Below are positions 1-9,524 of a stretch of DNA of 56,116 bases, one piece after another. Position numbers and translations under genes: made by a program. Positions within the stretch are counted from its first letter, which is position 1, and every line of letters starts with the position of its first letter. The stretch comes from Fidelibacterota bacterium. GTDB taxonomy: Bacteria; Fidelibacterota; Marinisomatia; Marinisomatales; UBA2128. The notes beneath the pieces are model-generated. The model was not told the DNA's origin and made no database searches. It saw only the letters and a list, made by a program, of their open reading frames with translations. The stretch lies in assembly GCA_046861645.1 (NCBI GenBank), contig JBHHUM010000005.1:1-56116 (forward strand), given 5' to 3'.

Positions 1-12
1 CCGCTACTTGGT

Positions 13-51
13 AACCTCATTTACTCCTCGGGGGAATGGGGTTTTTTCTTT
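13..51 (+). terminator. Probable intrinsic terminator of a gene lying upstream of the window
   Basis: CCTCATT(TA)CTCC-TCG-GGGGAATGGGG stem (G:U pairs, 2-nt bulge) followed by TTTTTTCTTT. Confidence 0.55.
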
Positions 52-367
52 GGTGTGAGTTATAATAAGACGTATTAAGAAGTGTTTGATACACGTGATA
101 TAAACGTGAATGTGATTTTGTCTCTGAAAGGAAAACACCGTTGAATAGCATACCTAATTACAGGAATATTCTAAGTTAGCACATTTTCTCGTCGATCATT
201 TCGTAATAAATGTAATACTCTTTTAAAACAATTTTGACTTCACAAAACCTGACCACCCCGGGAACTAATTATGGATATTATAAGATTTTTATCATCCCAT
301 AGTTTGTGGTACTAGGCTAATAATTCAGGGAGAAAATCGATATAGTAATCTGGCTTAGAAGGAAACT

Positions 368-1090
368 TTACGAGGATACAGTTACAGGTCGTTTACGGAC
401 ATTGAACCAATAGCCCAACCAGATTGTTGAGAGTCCTACCAGCTCCATAATATAAAGAATTTCTGTATGGCCCGCCCTGCTGGAAGCACCCCCTATCCCT
501 GGAAGTATGGCTCCAACTGCAATAAGAACATTCCCGATGAATCGATCTCGAGCAATTTCAGCTCCTCGCCCACCCTTTTGATAGCTTTTTCTAAAACGCC
601 AGGCAGAAAGTATTGCCCCACCCACAAGGAAAATAACAGCATACGTATTGATAAAAGGACTGAAAGCTCTAACCCACTGCCAGACAAAGACCCTGCCGCT
701 CGGAAGGTGCGGATCAACTAAAACGACGTTTATGGGACTTGCTATCACACATATGGAGGCAATACTCACCAACGTGACCAGTCCATAAGTTAACCTCCTG
801 GCTGTCTTTTTTCTGAGCAGAAGCCAGACTGTACCTTGAGCCAGCGGAGCTCCTCCCATGAGAGCTCCAACAATGTACCAGAACCTGAAAATTACTTCAT
901 TCCATCCCCATAAGGTAATAAATCCTTCAGCAAAAGTGCCTGCTCCAAAAATGAGTACTCCAGCACCCCACCATAGTAAGTGATTACCTTTGGATTTTTT
1001 CCGGTAGCGATTGAATATTTGAGCTGAAAAAGCAATAGACAGCATCGTAGTCAGAATGGGAAAGTAATGGACGACTGTGAGGGGGTTCAT
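368..1090 (-). CDS. Polytopic (~7 TM) integral membrane protein, function unknown
   Basis: 240-aa ORF with about seven hydrophobic segments separated by short basic loops; no recognisable catalytic motif. Confidence 0.75.
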   Translation of the reverse strand: MNPLTVVHYFPILTTMLSIAFSAQIFNRYRKKSKGNHLLWWGAGVLIFGAGTFAEGFITLWGWNEVIFRFWYIVGALMGGAPLAQGTVWLLLRKKTARRLTYGLVTLVSIASICVIASPINVVLVDPHLPSGRVFVWQWVRAFSPFINTYAVIFLVGGAILSAWRFRKSYQKGGRGAEIARDRFIGNVLIAVGAILPGIGGASSRAGHTEILYIMELVGLSTIWLGYWFNVRKRPVTVSS

Positions 1091-1279
1091 TCTATTATGA
1101 TACTTGATAATTAGTCTTAATTAGAGGCCGAAAATATAAACTTTCTACCATCATAAACCAATGTGTTATTCCAATACTTAAGAAATAATATGACTATATC
1201 TTAATTATCAGAGGAATTAAAATAGTCTTGGTTAAAGGGAGAAATCCTTCACCTGATCTACCACAAAAGAAATCCGAGG

Positions 1280-3829
1280 TCAATAATCCATATCCATCAT
1301 GCCTCCACCTTCCCGGTCTCCCTGTTTCCAGCGGCGTTTCTGCTCCATATTGCCAAAGTTGTACGTCAGCACCAGAAATACCGTCCGGCGATCACGTCGG
1401 CGATCAGCGTTCAAATATTGGATGTAGGTTTCATTAGTCACTAAGTCTTCCAACTCTTCCTCTAATTCGATAGAAAAACCAGCATTATCCAATAAATCAC
1501 TTATCTTCAAAGTCAGCGCAAACTTTCGATTGAAAAAGTTCTTCTGTAAAGCAAGATCCAAAAACATAACCGGAGGTATAATACCATTAATTATTTTCAT
1601 TCTACCACGGTATCGACCTGTAAGTTCAAGTCTACCAACTCCCGGCAGGACGGCTGAAGCCAAGCCATATGAGAATAAACCTTTAAAATTTCCGTTTAGA
1701 TCTGACTCTCCAGAACCATAGGTTCGGGAATTCCAAGAAGTGAGTGTCACCATTAGATTAATAAAGGGTATAGGCCTGAAATTCAACATAAGATCTACCC
1801 CATAGGAATTAGAGTAGCCAGCATTATCAGCTGTAGATATCTGGTATTGTAGAGAGTCACCTTGATCCACCACTAATACTAAATCATTGTCCCACCAGCG
1901 AATCATATCGGTTACATGTTTATAATAAAGACCCGTATTGATGGTGAAGCGACGACTGTTATTTGAAAAATTCAGCTCAATAACGTCGCTGTATTCCGGC
2001 TTCAGGAAGGGATTGCCATTACGTATGTGATATTCATCGAATGTATTTCGAGGAAAAGGATTGAGTGAGTGCCGACGTGGACGATTCACGCGTTTTGAAT
2101 AACCCAATTGTAACTGTTTACTCTCAGAAAGGTGATAGAGCCAATAGAAACTGGGATAGATCTGAAAATAGTCGTTTCGGAACGGAGCCCGAGAGATGGC
2201 AGAATCGATAATGGTGGTATAAATATTTGATGTTTCCGCAGCTATTCCCCCTGACTTTACTTCCGCACGTGTAAATACCTGTTCCATCCGAGCACCAGCT
2301 TTGAGACCCATTTTATTAGTAATATTGATCGAAATCGTACCATAAATTGCATGCACATCTTCATTGTAATGGTAATCATACGGTGTGGTCAGATACTCCA
2401 ATTCAGTAATAAACCTCTGAAAGGTACTTTTATATCCAGCTTCAAAAATTGAATTTTTTCCTAATGGCTGGGTATAGTCTGACTTTAAAATCAGGTTCGA
2501 GTTTGTCTCGTCTTCGTGGGTATCATTATCAGAAATTAAATTAGTTTGACCTGGACTTACCCCCAGATTTTCTACAGTATGAGCCTCTTTTTGTTGATCT
2601 TCGGATTTAGAAAGGGATACCTCAAAAATTAGATCCTGTTGTTCATCATCAAAATCTCGATCATAACTGAAATCCAATTGAGTAGTCTGACCAACGTCTG
2701 TCTCTACAGAATGAAGAGTATACTCATAGGGTAGGAAATAATTTAAATAATCGTCAGTCTGGTTGGTATGATTGTTGAAGGAACCACTAATGGAAATGGT
2801 ATTCCTCTTGTTCAGGTAGTAGTCCCCACCGATTTTAAGAGATACCGTCTCTGGAATACGCAAACGTTTTGTAGCCATGCGAGAAGAATCAGTTGATGTG
2901 GGATAAACCCAGATAAATTCTCTACCACCTTTTCCCAATTGATTACCCAATCTATAACTTCCGTTGGTAAATACATTCCATGAATTAACCCTGTAGTTTA
3001 ATGCGCCAGAAAAGTTATACTTTTCGAATTGACCTACCGAAGCCGAAGTCATCCCGTTGAGACCTTCAAATTTTCCCCGCTTCAGAATAATGTTAATGAT
3101 GCCACCCATTCCATCAGGATCGTACTTCGCGGAGGGATTGGTAATGACTTCCACACGATCGATCATAGCCGCAGGAATGTTATCCACTACGGCCCGACGA
3201 TCACCATGAGTTAATCCACTGGGCTTTCCATCCACAAGAACGGTAACATTCTGATCTCCTCGAAGTGAAATGTTGCCATCAATATCTACATCCACAGAAG
3301 GAATCTTCTTGAGAGCATCAGCAGCTGTTCCCCCAGCAACAGTAAGACTTTTATCCACCCGGAATATTTTCTTATCTATGGTTTGAATCAATTGTGGACT
3401 CTCACCTAATACTTCCAGTTCCTCCATCTGCAGTGAAACCGAGACCAACTTAATGATACCTAAATTCTGTTCAACTCCACCTCCCTTCCCTGGAAATAAA
3501 CTGATGCCATGAATAACTGTCTTTTCATAGCCGATAAAGTCTACAATTACGCTATAACGCCCTAACCGGATCTCTTCTATTCGGAAATGTCCCTGATCAT
3601 CGGTAATACCACCCGTTACAACTGTCTGATCCCTAATATCTTCAAGAGATACAGAGGCGTAGGCGATAGGAATGCCTGTAACGGAATCAATAACTGTCCC
3701 AGTAACGACTCCTATTTTAGGTAATTGACCGGGATCAAAGTGCTGAGCTAATCCAGGGGATTTAAACAGTAATAAAAACGACACCAAACCACAGATGAAA
3801 AGTTTAAGACGCATGACTATTGTTTTCAC
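1280..3829 (-). CDS. TonB-dependent receptor (CarboxypepD_reg-like N-domain, plug, beta-barrel)
   Basis: Signal peptide; VTGTVIDSVTGIPIAYASV prealbumin-like domain; plug motifs DALKKIPSV..ISLRG..VLVDGKP and IDRVEVITNPSAKYDPDGMGGIINIILK; GNPFLKPE; C-terminal LTYNFG. Start may be ATG 3814. Confidence 0.93.
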   Translation of the reverse strand: MKTIVMRLKLFICGLVSFLLLFKSPGLAQHFDPGQLPKIGVVTGTVIDSVTGIPIAYASVSLEDIRDQTVVTGGITDDQGHFRIEEIRLGRYSVIVDFIGYEKTVIHGISLFPGKGGGVEQNLGIIKLVSVSLQMEELEVLGESPQLIQTIDKKIFRVDKSLTVAGGTAADALKKIPSVDVDIDGNISLRGDQNVTVLVDGKPSGLTHGDRRAVVDNIPAAMIDRVEVITNPSAKYDPDGMGGIINIILKRGKFEGLNGMTSASVGQFEKYNFSGALNYRVNSWNVFTNGSYRLGNQLGKGGREFIWVYPTSTDSSRMATKRLRIPETVSLKIGGDYYLNKRNTISISGSFNNHTNQTDDYLNYFLPYEYTLHSVETDVGQTTQLDFSYDRDFDDEQQDLIFEVSLSKSEDQQKEAHTVENLGVSPGQTNLISDNDTHEDETNSNLILKSDYTQPLGKNSIFEAGYKSTFQRFITELEYLTTPYDYHYNEDVHAIYGTISINITNKMGLKAGARMEQVFTRAEVKSGGIAAETSNIYTTIIDSAISRAPFRNDYFQIYPSFYWLYHLSESKQLQLGYSKRVNRPRRHSLNPFPRNTFDEYHIRNGNPFLKPEYSDVIELNFSNNSRRFTINTGLYYKHVTDMIRWWDNDLVLVVDQGDSLQYQISTADNAGYSNSYGVDLMLNFRPIPFINLMVTLTSWNSRTYGSGESDLNGNFKGLFSYGLASAVLPGVGRLELTGRYRGRMKIINGIIPPVMFLDLALQKNFFNRKFALTLKISDLLDNAGFSIELEEELEDLVTNETYIQYLNADRRRDRRTVFLVLTYNFGNMEQKRRWKQGDREGGGMMDMDY

Positions 3830-4047
3830 TGATTAAGCTAATATTCTCTTTCCCCCCTGAATCATTTAATTGGTTATTGAATCAATATTTTTATGAAATG
3901 TTCCAGAAATATCTGGTGATTTGCAATAATGAAATTTAGTATCACGTTTACAACCATTTCTCTGATCACTACTACTGATTTGCTAAGGGTGATAAAGGTT
4001 ATTCCCTAGCAGCTAAATTAAAATTTGAGAGGAAAACTTCCTATCTA

Positions 4048-4713
4048 TTACACTTCATTTTTGGGTCCATGGTCATTATAGCTCTCACACACTTTTTCTT
4101 TGGCTTTATCGAATGACTCCCGTCCCTCCCGGAAAGAAATCCCCCCTATCAACAATGAACCAATAGCATCGAGGTTACCTATCTTGGTTAACTCATACCC
4201 CAGACTGGCAATCAGCAGAACCACTGAAAGTTGCATACAAGCCCTGGTACATTTGGCATCTGCAATGACCGCATCAGAATTAAGAACCGTACCCACTTTC
4301 ACCTTTTCCCTGATCAGCCACCACATGAGTAAAATCGAGATCGAAGAGATAATCACTCCCCAGAGGGTAGTTTCAGGATGGTGACCAGCAAAAATGCTCC
4401 AAATCGCCGTAGTCACCAGAACTGAAGTCAGTAGGTAAAAGGCAGTCCCCGTAATTTGTAGCGCCAGGCTTTCAAAATGATCCTGGTGCTCATCACCATT
4501 CTGACGCAAGCGACGGATCATGTGCCAAATACCGACTCCGGAAATCACTTCCACAAAGGAATCGATACCAAAACCAAACAGAGCCAGTGTTTTATCATCA
4601 GCCCCAAAATAGACTGCCACTATCCCTTCTACTACATTGTAGATAACTGTAATGGCAGCCAGAAAGATGGCCCATTTAAACAGGTAAGCTTTAGGTTTGT
4701 GTTCAAATTTCAC
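4048..4713 (-). CDS. Short cation-efflux (CDF-like) family transporter lacking the cytoplasmic C-terminal domain
   Basis: YNVVEGIVAV...LALFGFGIDSFVEVISG motif, ~6 TM helices, ADAKCT in TM5. Confidence 0.8.
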   Translation of the reverse strand: MKFEHKPKAYLFKWAIFLAAITVIYNVVEGIVAVYFGADDKTLALFGFGIDSFVEVISGVGIWHMIRRLRQNGDEHQDHFESLALQITGTAFYLLTSVLVTTAIWSIFAGHHPETTLWGVIISSISILLMWWLIREKVKVGTVLNSDAVIADAKCTRACMQLSVVLLIASLGYELTKIGNLDAIGSLLIGGISFREGRESFDKAKEKVCESYNDHGPKNEV

Positions 4714-4983
4714 GGGGGGAATTTACAATGAACTTATTGCCACACTATACTTTCTTAAGATTCAAAAAAGTATCAGCAAATAAAGGGAGATGATTAAAAG
4801 TACTGCCATCCAAGCCTTAAGTAAGTGAACTAGCAATTTTCAATAGGTAGATCGTGGAGTTTTGTATATAGAAGTAATTTTCTGGTCAAAACAATGTAAA
4901 CTTTTTAGAAAACTGTAGAAAAAGGAAGCATCTGACCTTTTATCTACCACCGAGTGCTTGCTTAAAAAAATGTTAGCTTAAGA

Positions 4984-7287
4984 TCATTTCATGAGGAGTA
5001 GTTTACGCGTTTGAGAAAAATCTCCAACCTGCAGTTGGTAAAAGTAGACTCCGCTCGGATACTTTGTTGCGTCCCAGGTGACTTCATACTCACCCTGCTT
5101 GCCGACAGGCACAACGCTCTCCAGTTGACCACTTACCAGAGTTTCCACTTCCCGACCGAGAATATCGTAAATGACGAGATTCACATACCCGGCTCCAGGA
5201 GCAACAAAACGAATTGATGTCAGGGGGTTAAACGGGTTGGGATAATTCTGATAGAGTACGAATGATCCAGGAAAAACTTTTATTGAAGGGTTAATACTCA
5301 CTTCCACGACTAAATCATCGTAAAGTTGGGCATAAGGTGCCAACGCCACTTTAGGTTCATCAGTATCTTTTCGAATCAACCCTGAAAAACGCATGAAAGT
5401 GTTCAGAGCACCGCCCCCGCCAACATCCTCATCCTCCTCAGCAGTGAGTGAGAAATAGAAGAACCCGTTGATGCCATTATCTACCGCTGAACTGAGAGCC
5501 TCGGTAATATATTGATCCTGACGATTTTCCGAAAAGTAGATCATATCCTCCGCCAGTGAAAGAGTGTCCGGAGGATCATTAAGTTCAATACCCGGAAAGC
5601 CACTTTCTATGAGCCAGACAGGTTTACCAGCATAACCGAGTCCTGCCAGCGCCCGGCGTACTGCCCACACATACTCTCCCACCGAAAACCCCATATTGGG
5701 CAACGCCCAGGCCTGGTTGGGATAATAGTTGAAACCGATGATATCCAAATCATCCACCCAATCTTCCAGGGCTTCCATAAAACCAAGCATATGCAAATCG
5801 TGGGTAATAAGAGCTGTGGGATCTTCTGTATGTATCGCTTCAACCAGGATATCCATGACCTGGTTGCGGAAATCACGATCGAGCCAAAAGTCACCCTTCC
5901 GCCACCAATCCGGGCTGGCTGCAGCAAACGCCGCCGCATTTAACTCATTCTCCGCCTGCCAGACATCTACGTAGCTAGCATACTTTCGTACAGTAGCATG
6001 GGCATAGATTTTGAGATTGTAGAGATAAGTTTCCGGTGGAACTGCCACATAATTTTCCGGTAGTGACCACTCCGGTGATGCCGGAGCAATTGTTAAACCT
6101 TCCGCTGTCTTAGGAGGTCTATCCTGGTGTCCAACGCCAATGGCCATGAAAGGTGTCAAGCCTCGAGCAACACTCTCATCCAAAATATCAAATATGGCTG
6201 AAAACTCCATATCATTCCAATACACCGGATCAGCCAGAAAATCCTCGATCATTTCCGGTGTTACATCAGCAGGATTAAGATTCTCGCCCATATAAGCCTG
6301 GGTCTGTACTCTACTCCAGAAAGTCTCCATACGAAAACCGTTGATACTGAGCGAATCCATAAGGTTAAAGGCAGCATCAACACGTTGAACTTCATCCCAA
6401 TCCTCATGCCAGTGGAATCCACGTTGCAACTGCCAATAGAGATAGCTGAAGCCGCCTATTTCAAGATGAGAACCAGTAACAGGATCAGGTTCTATACCTA
6501 CAAATGCTTGAGGATCAGCTGTAGTCCCAGTTAAAAAATTGATATCGTAGATGAGCTGGACAACGTCTTGCTCAGGATCATTTTCGGTAACGATAGCTAT
6601 ATCCATAGGAAAGCTCGAAAACGCCTCTGCTAAAAGTTCCTCATCATCAATTCCCAACGAACTGATCAGGTCACCAAATACAAACAGGCTGTCGAAGCCG
6701 ATACTGTCCATGGCAACGGCTATGCTATCCATGAAAGAGTCTAATACCAACTCAATGCCCGCCTGAACGGTTGATTCCATACCACTACACCACAAAGCTC
6801 CGCTACCATTGACCGTCACAGTTGGCTCCAGAGGTGTGGGTTCACCCATGGTAATGTCCAATCCGCTGGAACCAAACTGACTGGAACCACCTATTTGAGC
6901 ACCAATTCCGGATATACCAATATCAAAGATGCAACCTCCACCTTCAGCGACAACCACCCAGTTGTCAAGCGAAAGACCAATAATGAAATCAAATTCACCC
7001 ACTGCATCTTCAAGATAGAAAACGGTGGCATCTTCTGGTTGAGAGAAATCTGTGATTTCAAGACCTGCATCCAGCAGAATACTGTCCATCATGGTGGTCA
7101 GATCGAGACTGTCTTTGAAGGCATCATACCACTCCTGTACTGCCCGATCCAGAAAATCCTCTTCCATGTTGTGCTTGTGTCCATTCATCCGCATGGCAAA
7201 GGTGGACGGGTCGGCTGACAGCTGGCAAACCAATAGAATTAGGAGAACTCCGATGGAAATGAAAGATCTGTTCACGTTGTACTTCAT
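4984..7287 (-). CDS. Secreted clan GH-A glycoside hydrolase-like protein with acidic N-terminal domain and C-terminal T9SS-type A/FlgD-Ig sorting domain
   Basis: GGAGG RBS before ATG 7287; signal peptide; candidate acid/base WQAENELN and nucleophile VWLIESGFP; FNYYP; C-terminal LYQNYPNPFNP...IYDILGREV...SGVYFYQL...RKLLLMK. Confidence 0.8.
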   Translation of the reverse strand: MKYNVNRSFISIGVLLILLVCQLSADPSTFAMRMNGHKHNMEEDFLDRAVQEWYDAFKDSLDLTTMMDSILLDAGLEITDFSQPEDATVFYLEDAVGEFDFIIGLSLDNWVVVAEGGGCIFDIGISGIGAQIGGSSQFGSSGLDITMGEPTPLEPTVTVNGSGALWCSGMESTVQAGIELVLDSFMDSIAVAMDSIGFDSLFVFGDLISSLGIDDEELLAEAFSSFPMDIAIVTENDPEQDVVQLIYDINFLTGTTADPQAFVGIEPDPVTGSHLEIGGFSYLYWQLQRGFHWHEDWDEVQRVDAAFNLMDSLSINGFRMETFWSRVQTQAYMGENLNPADVTPEMIEDFLADPVYWNDMEFSAIFDILDESVARGLTPFMAIGVGHQDRPPKTAEGLTIAPASPEWSLPENYVAVPPETYLYNLKIYAHATVRKYASYVDVWQAENELNAAAFAAASPDWWRKGDFWLDRDFRNQVMDILVEAIHTEDPTALITHDLHMLGFMEALEDWVDDLDIIGFNYYPNQAWALPNMGFSVGEYVWAVRRALAGLGYAGKPVWLIESGFPGIELNDPPDTLSLAEDMIYFSENRQDQYITEALSSAVDNGINGFFYFSLTAEEDEDVGGGGALNTFMRFSGLIRKDTDEPKVALAPYAQLYDDLVVEVSINPSIKVFPGSFVLYQNYPNPFNPLTSIRFVAPGAGYVNLVIYDILGREVETLVSGQLESVVPVGKQGEYEVTWDATKYPSGVYFYQLQVGDFSQTRKLLLMK
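5094..5112. repeat. Degenerate short palindromic element (CCTGCCTGCCGNCAGGCAGG type) inserted in-frame in the sorting domain
   Basis: CCTGCTTG-CCGA-CAGGCAC hairpin; coincides with an apparent ~7-aa insertion (VVPVGKQ) relative to the usual ..xQxxGxYEVxWDA pattern. Confidence 0.45.
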
Positions 7288-7525
7288 GGTACCTCCCCAC
7301 AATTTATAAAGCTATTTCCTATAATTATATTGAAGTGTACTATTAAAAAGGGGTTATTTCAAAGGGAACATTTCACACCCCATATTGTAAAGTAAAAGTA
7401 TGTTCCGTAACTTTCTATCGAAGGATCATTTTCAGGAGGTTGACCGGCATTCTCATGAACAATGACAACATGCAGTTACTGTTCTGTACAATCACATCTT
7501 ACACTCAATCCCGGGAGGTATTACT

Positions 7526-9337
7526 ATGAAGACTATACGACTCCTTATTTTCTCAATGTTCTGTACACAACTGACCTTAGCCTGGTATCCGGATTACACC
7601 GTAATGGCGACTGATTTTGTTCTGCGGTATGATTTTCTTTCACCAGCCAGAATTCCATCCATTTCACTGCAAGGACTCGGGCCGCAATTTCAGAATATCT
7701 ATAGTCACCCTCTAGACAATACCTTCCAGAATCCTGCTTACTTGCACTTCTGGCCGAAGAATTTTCTCTATGCAGACCTGGCCGGAGAGGAATACCAACC
7801 GGATTTCGTTCAACCAATCCCGATTTTCTATTTCGACAACTCCTATTATTGGTCACCGTACCGCTATTCTGAAGAACCTTCCATAGAGGAACCACTTTTG
7901 CGTTTGGTCTATTTCGGGAAGCCGCTGGAAGATAAACTTCCCATGGGGATCGGTGCGGCGTATGAATATTTCTACACTCAGGAGAAGTTCTATAAACCGT
8001 ACTGGTACTGGTGGGGATATGGTATGATGAATGCTTTGGGTGGAGCATATGAACAGTCTGCTGCAGATCCCTACGAAGATTACCGCATTATGGAAGAGGG
8101 CGATAATGTGGAGACTATGACCGGTCACCGCCTCACGACATTTGTCTCATACCCTATTACAGAAAGCTTAGTACTTGGTCTCAGATATGCTTTCCAGATC
8201 GAAGATGCCAACGGTCTGTACCATGACTTGGATTTCAATGATCATAGCAGTTATGCGGATGAATACCTTCGTTTCTACGACACCCGTGAGGAAATGGATC
8301 AGACATATCAGGTCAATGATGGTATGGCGGGACTTATCTTCTCATCCGAAGGTGGAACTCGCCTGGGAATCACTTTCGGGTATGCGGATGGATTTACTGA
8401 GCGAATTCATACAGACAGTGATACCTCCTATTACAAATCAGTCTATCTAAATGAAGATACCACCAAGACAAGCCGTTATAGAAGAATCAACAGCTACCTG
8501 TCGGAGAAACAGTGGAATTATGACGGGACTTCTAACAACGCTGCTATCCACGGCGATCTCCCAGCAGGGAACAACATGCTTGTGCGATTTTCATTTTATG
8601 GAGAAAAAAGGAACGCTAATCTCACTGAGAGTGAAACAATGGATCGTTCTCAATACTACTTCAGTAAATACTGGTACAGTTACTACGATACACTACAACA
8701 GTATCTGTCGGATTCATGGGCGGTTTTAGAGCGTAACGGAAATGGCAATTATGAATTTAAGCGGCGTAGATACTCAGTAGGAGTTGACTGGGAGATTTCT
8801 CAAAAAGTTCGCTTCATTGGAGGAATTGTTCACGATGACCGGGCAGCTGAACGCTCAGCCACAGAACCGTTTGTAGGCACAAAATACTCCCTCATAGAAA
8901 ACGAAGGGTACACCTGGCAAGAATATGATAGTCGCGAGGAGATGCAGGAGAACGACAAGGAATTCAGATGGTGGCGGTCTGAATCTTACACGACTACCTC
9001 CGTGCCTCTGGGAGTAGTCCTCGATCTATTGGATGACTTCGAAATACAGTTTGGACTCACAAAAGTTCTTCAGCACACCGACATTGATGAAGGGTACGAT
9101 TTGGTGGTCTTCAAAGACAAGAATACCGTAACAGAGGACGGAGAGACAACTGTCACTGAGGATTCTATGTATGTGGAGGGACACGACTTCCCCGGCACGC
9201 AGACCTTTATCAATGACCTGCGGTTCAATGCTGGACTCAGTCTGACTGCAAGCGATCATTTCAGGCTGACAGCAGTTGTCACTGAATCAATTCTTGAACC
9301 GAGATCTCTGAGGATAGGTGGGCAGATCGCCTGGTGA
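7526..9337 (+). CDS. Putative outer-membrane beta-barrel protein, function unknown
   Basis: GGGAGG RBS, signal peptide, Tyr/Asp/Glu-rich, alternating amphipathic strands (GIGAAYEY, LVLGLRYAF, RLGITFGY, YSVGVDW), terminal aromatic residue (GGQIAW). Confidence 0.65.
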   Translation: MKTIRLLIFSMFCTQLTLAWYPDYTVMATDFVLRYDFLSPARIPSISLQGLGPQFQNIYSHPLDNTFQNPAYLHFWPKNFLYADLAGEEYQPDFVQPIPIFYFDNSYYWSPYRYSEEPSIEEPLLRLVYFGKPLEDKLPMGIGAAYEYFYTQEKFYKPYWYWWGYGMMNALGGAYEQSAADPYEDYRIMEEGDNVETMTGHRLTTFVSYPITESLVLGLRYAFQIEDANGLYHDLDFNDHSSYADEYLRFYDTREEMDQTYQVNDGMAGLIFSSEGGTRLGITFGYADGFTERIHTDSDTSYYKSVYLNEDTTKTSRYRRINSYLSEKQWNYDGTSNNAAIHGDLPAGNNMLVRFSFYGEKRNANLTESETMDRSQYYFSKYWYSYYDTLQQYLSDSWAVLERNGNGNYEFKRRRYSVGVDWEISQKVRFIGGIVHDDRAAERSATEPFVGTKYSLIENEGYTWQEYDSREEMQENDKEFRWWRSESYTTTSVPLGVVLDLLDDFEIQFGLTKVLQHTDIDEGYDLVVFKDKNTVTEDGETTVTEDSMYVEGHDFPGTQTFINDLRFNAGLSLTASDHFRLTAVVTESILEPRSLRIGGQIAW

Positions 9338-9524
9338 GACGTTTCAGGGGTACCTCTCATTTCTGGTGTATTGTGTTATATGATTTCTAAGAAAAGTGTG
9401 ATTTTCAAAGCAATACTCTAGTCAGAAAGAGAGATAGAGTTATTACTATCTTGTTCAAATATAAGTCCCCAATATTAATAGTATAGGATAGCTTTGACAG
9501 GGAAATTTCAAAAGAAAAGGAAAG

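Noticed and set aside
1..10. CCGCTAC at the window start resembles the 3' end of a tRNA-Met preceding the terminator
   Set aside because: Only 7 nt are visible; this cannot support a tRNA call.
84..105. GTTTGATACACGTGATATAAAC as a parS site
   Set aside because: Shares only the CACGTG core; arm spacing does not fit TGTTTCACGTGAAACA.
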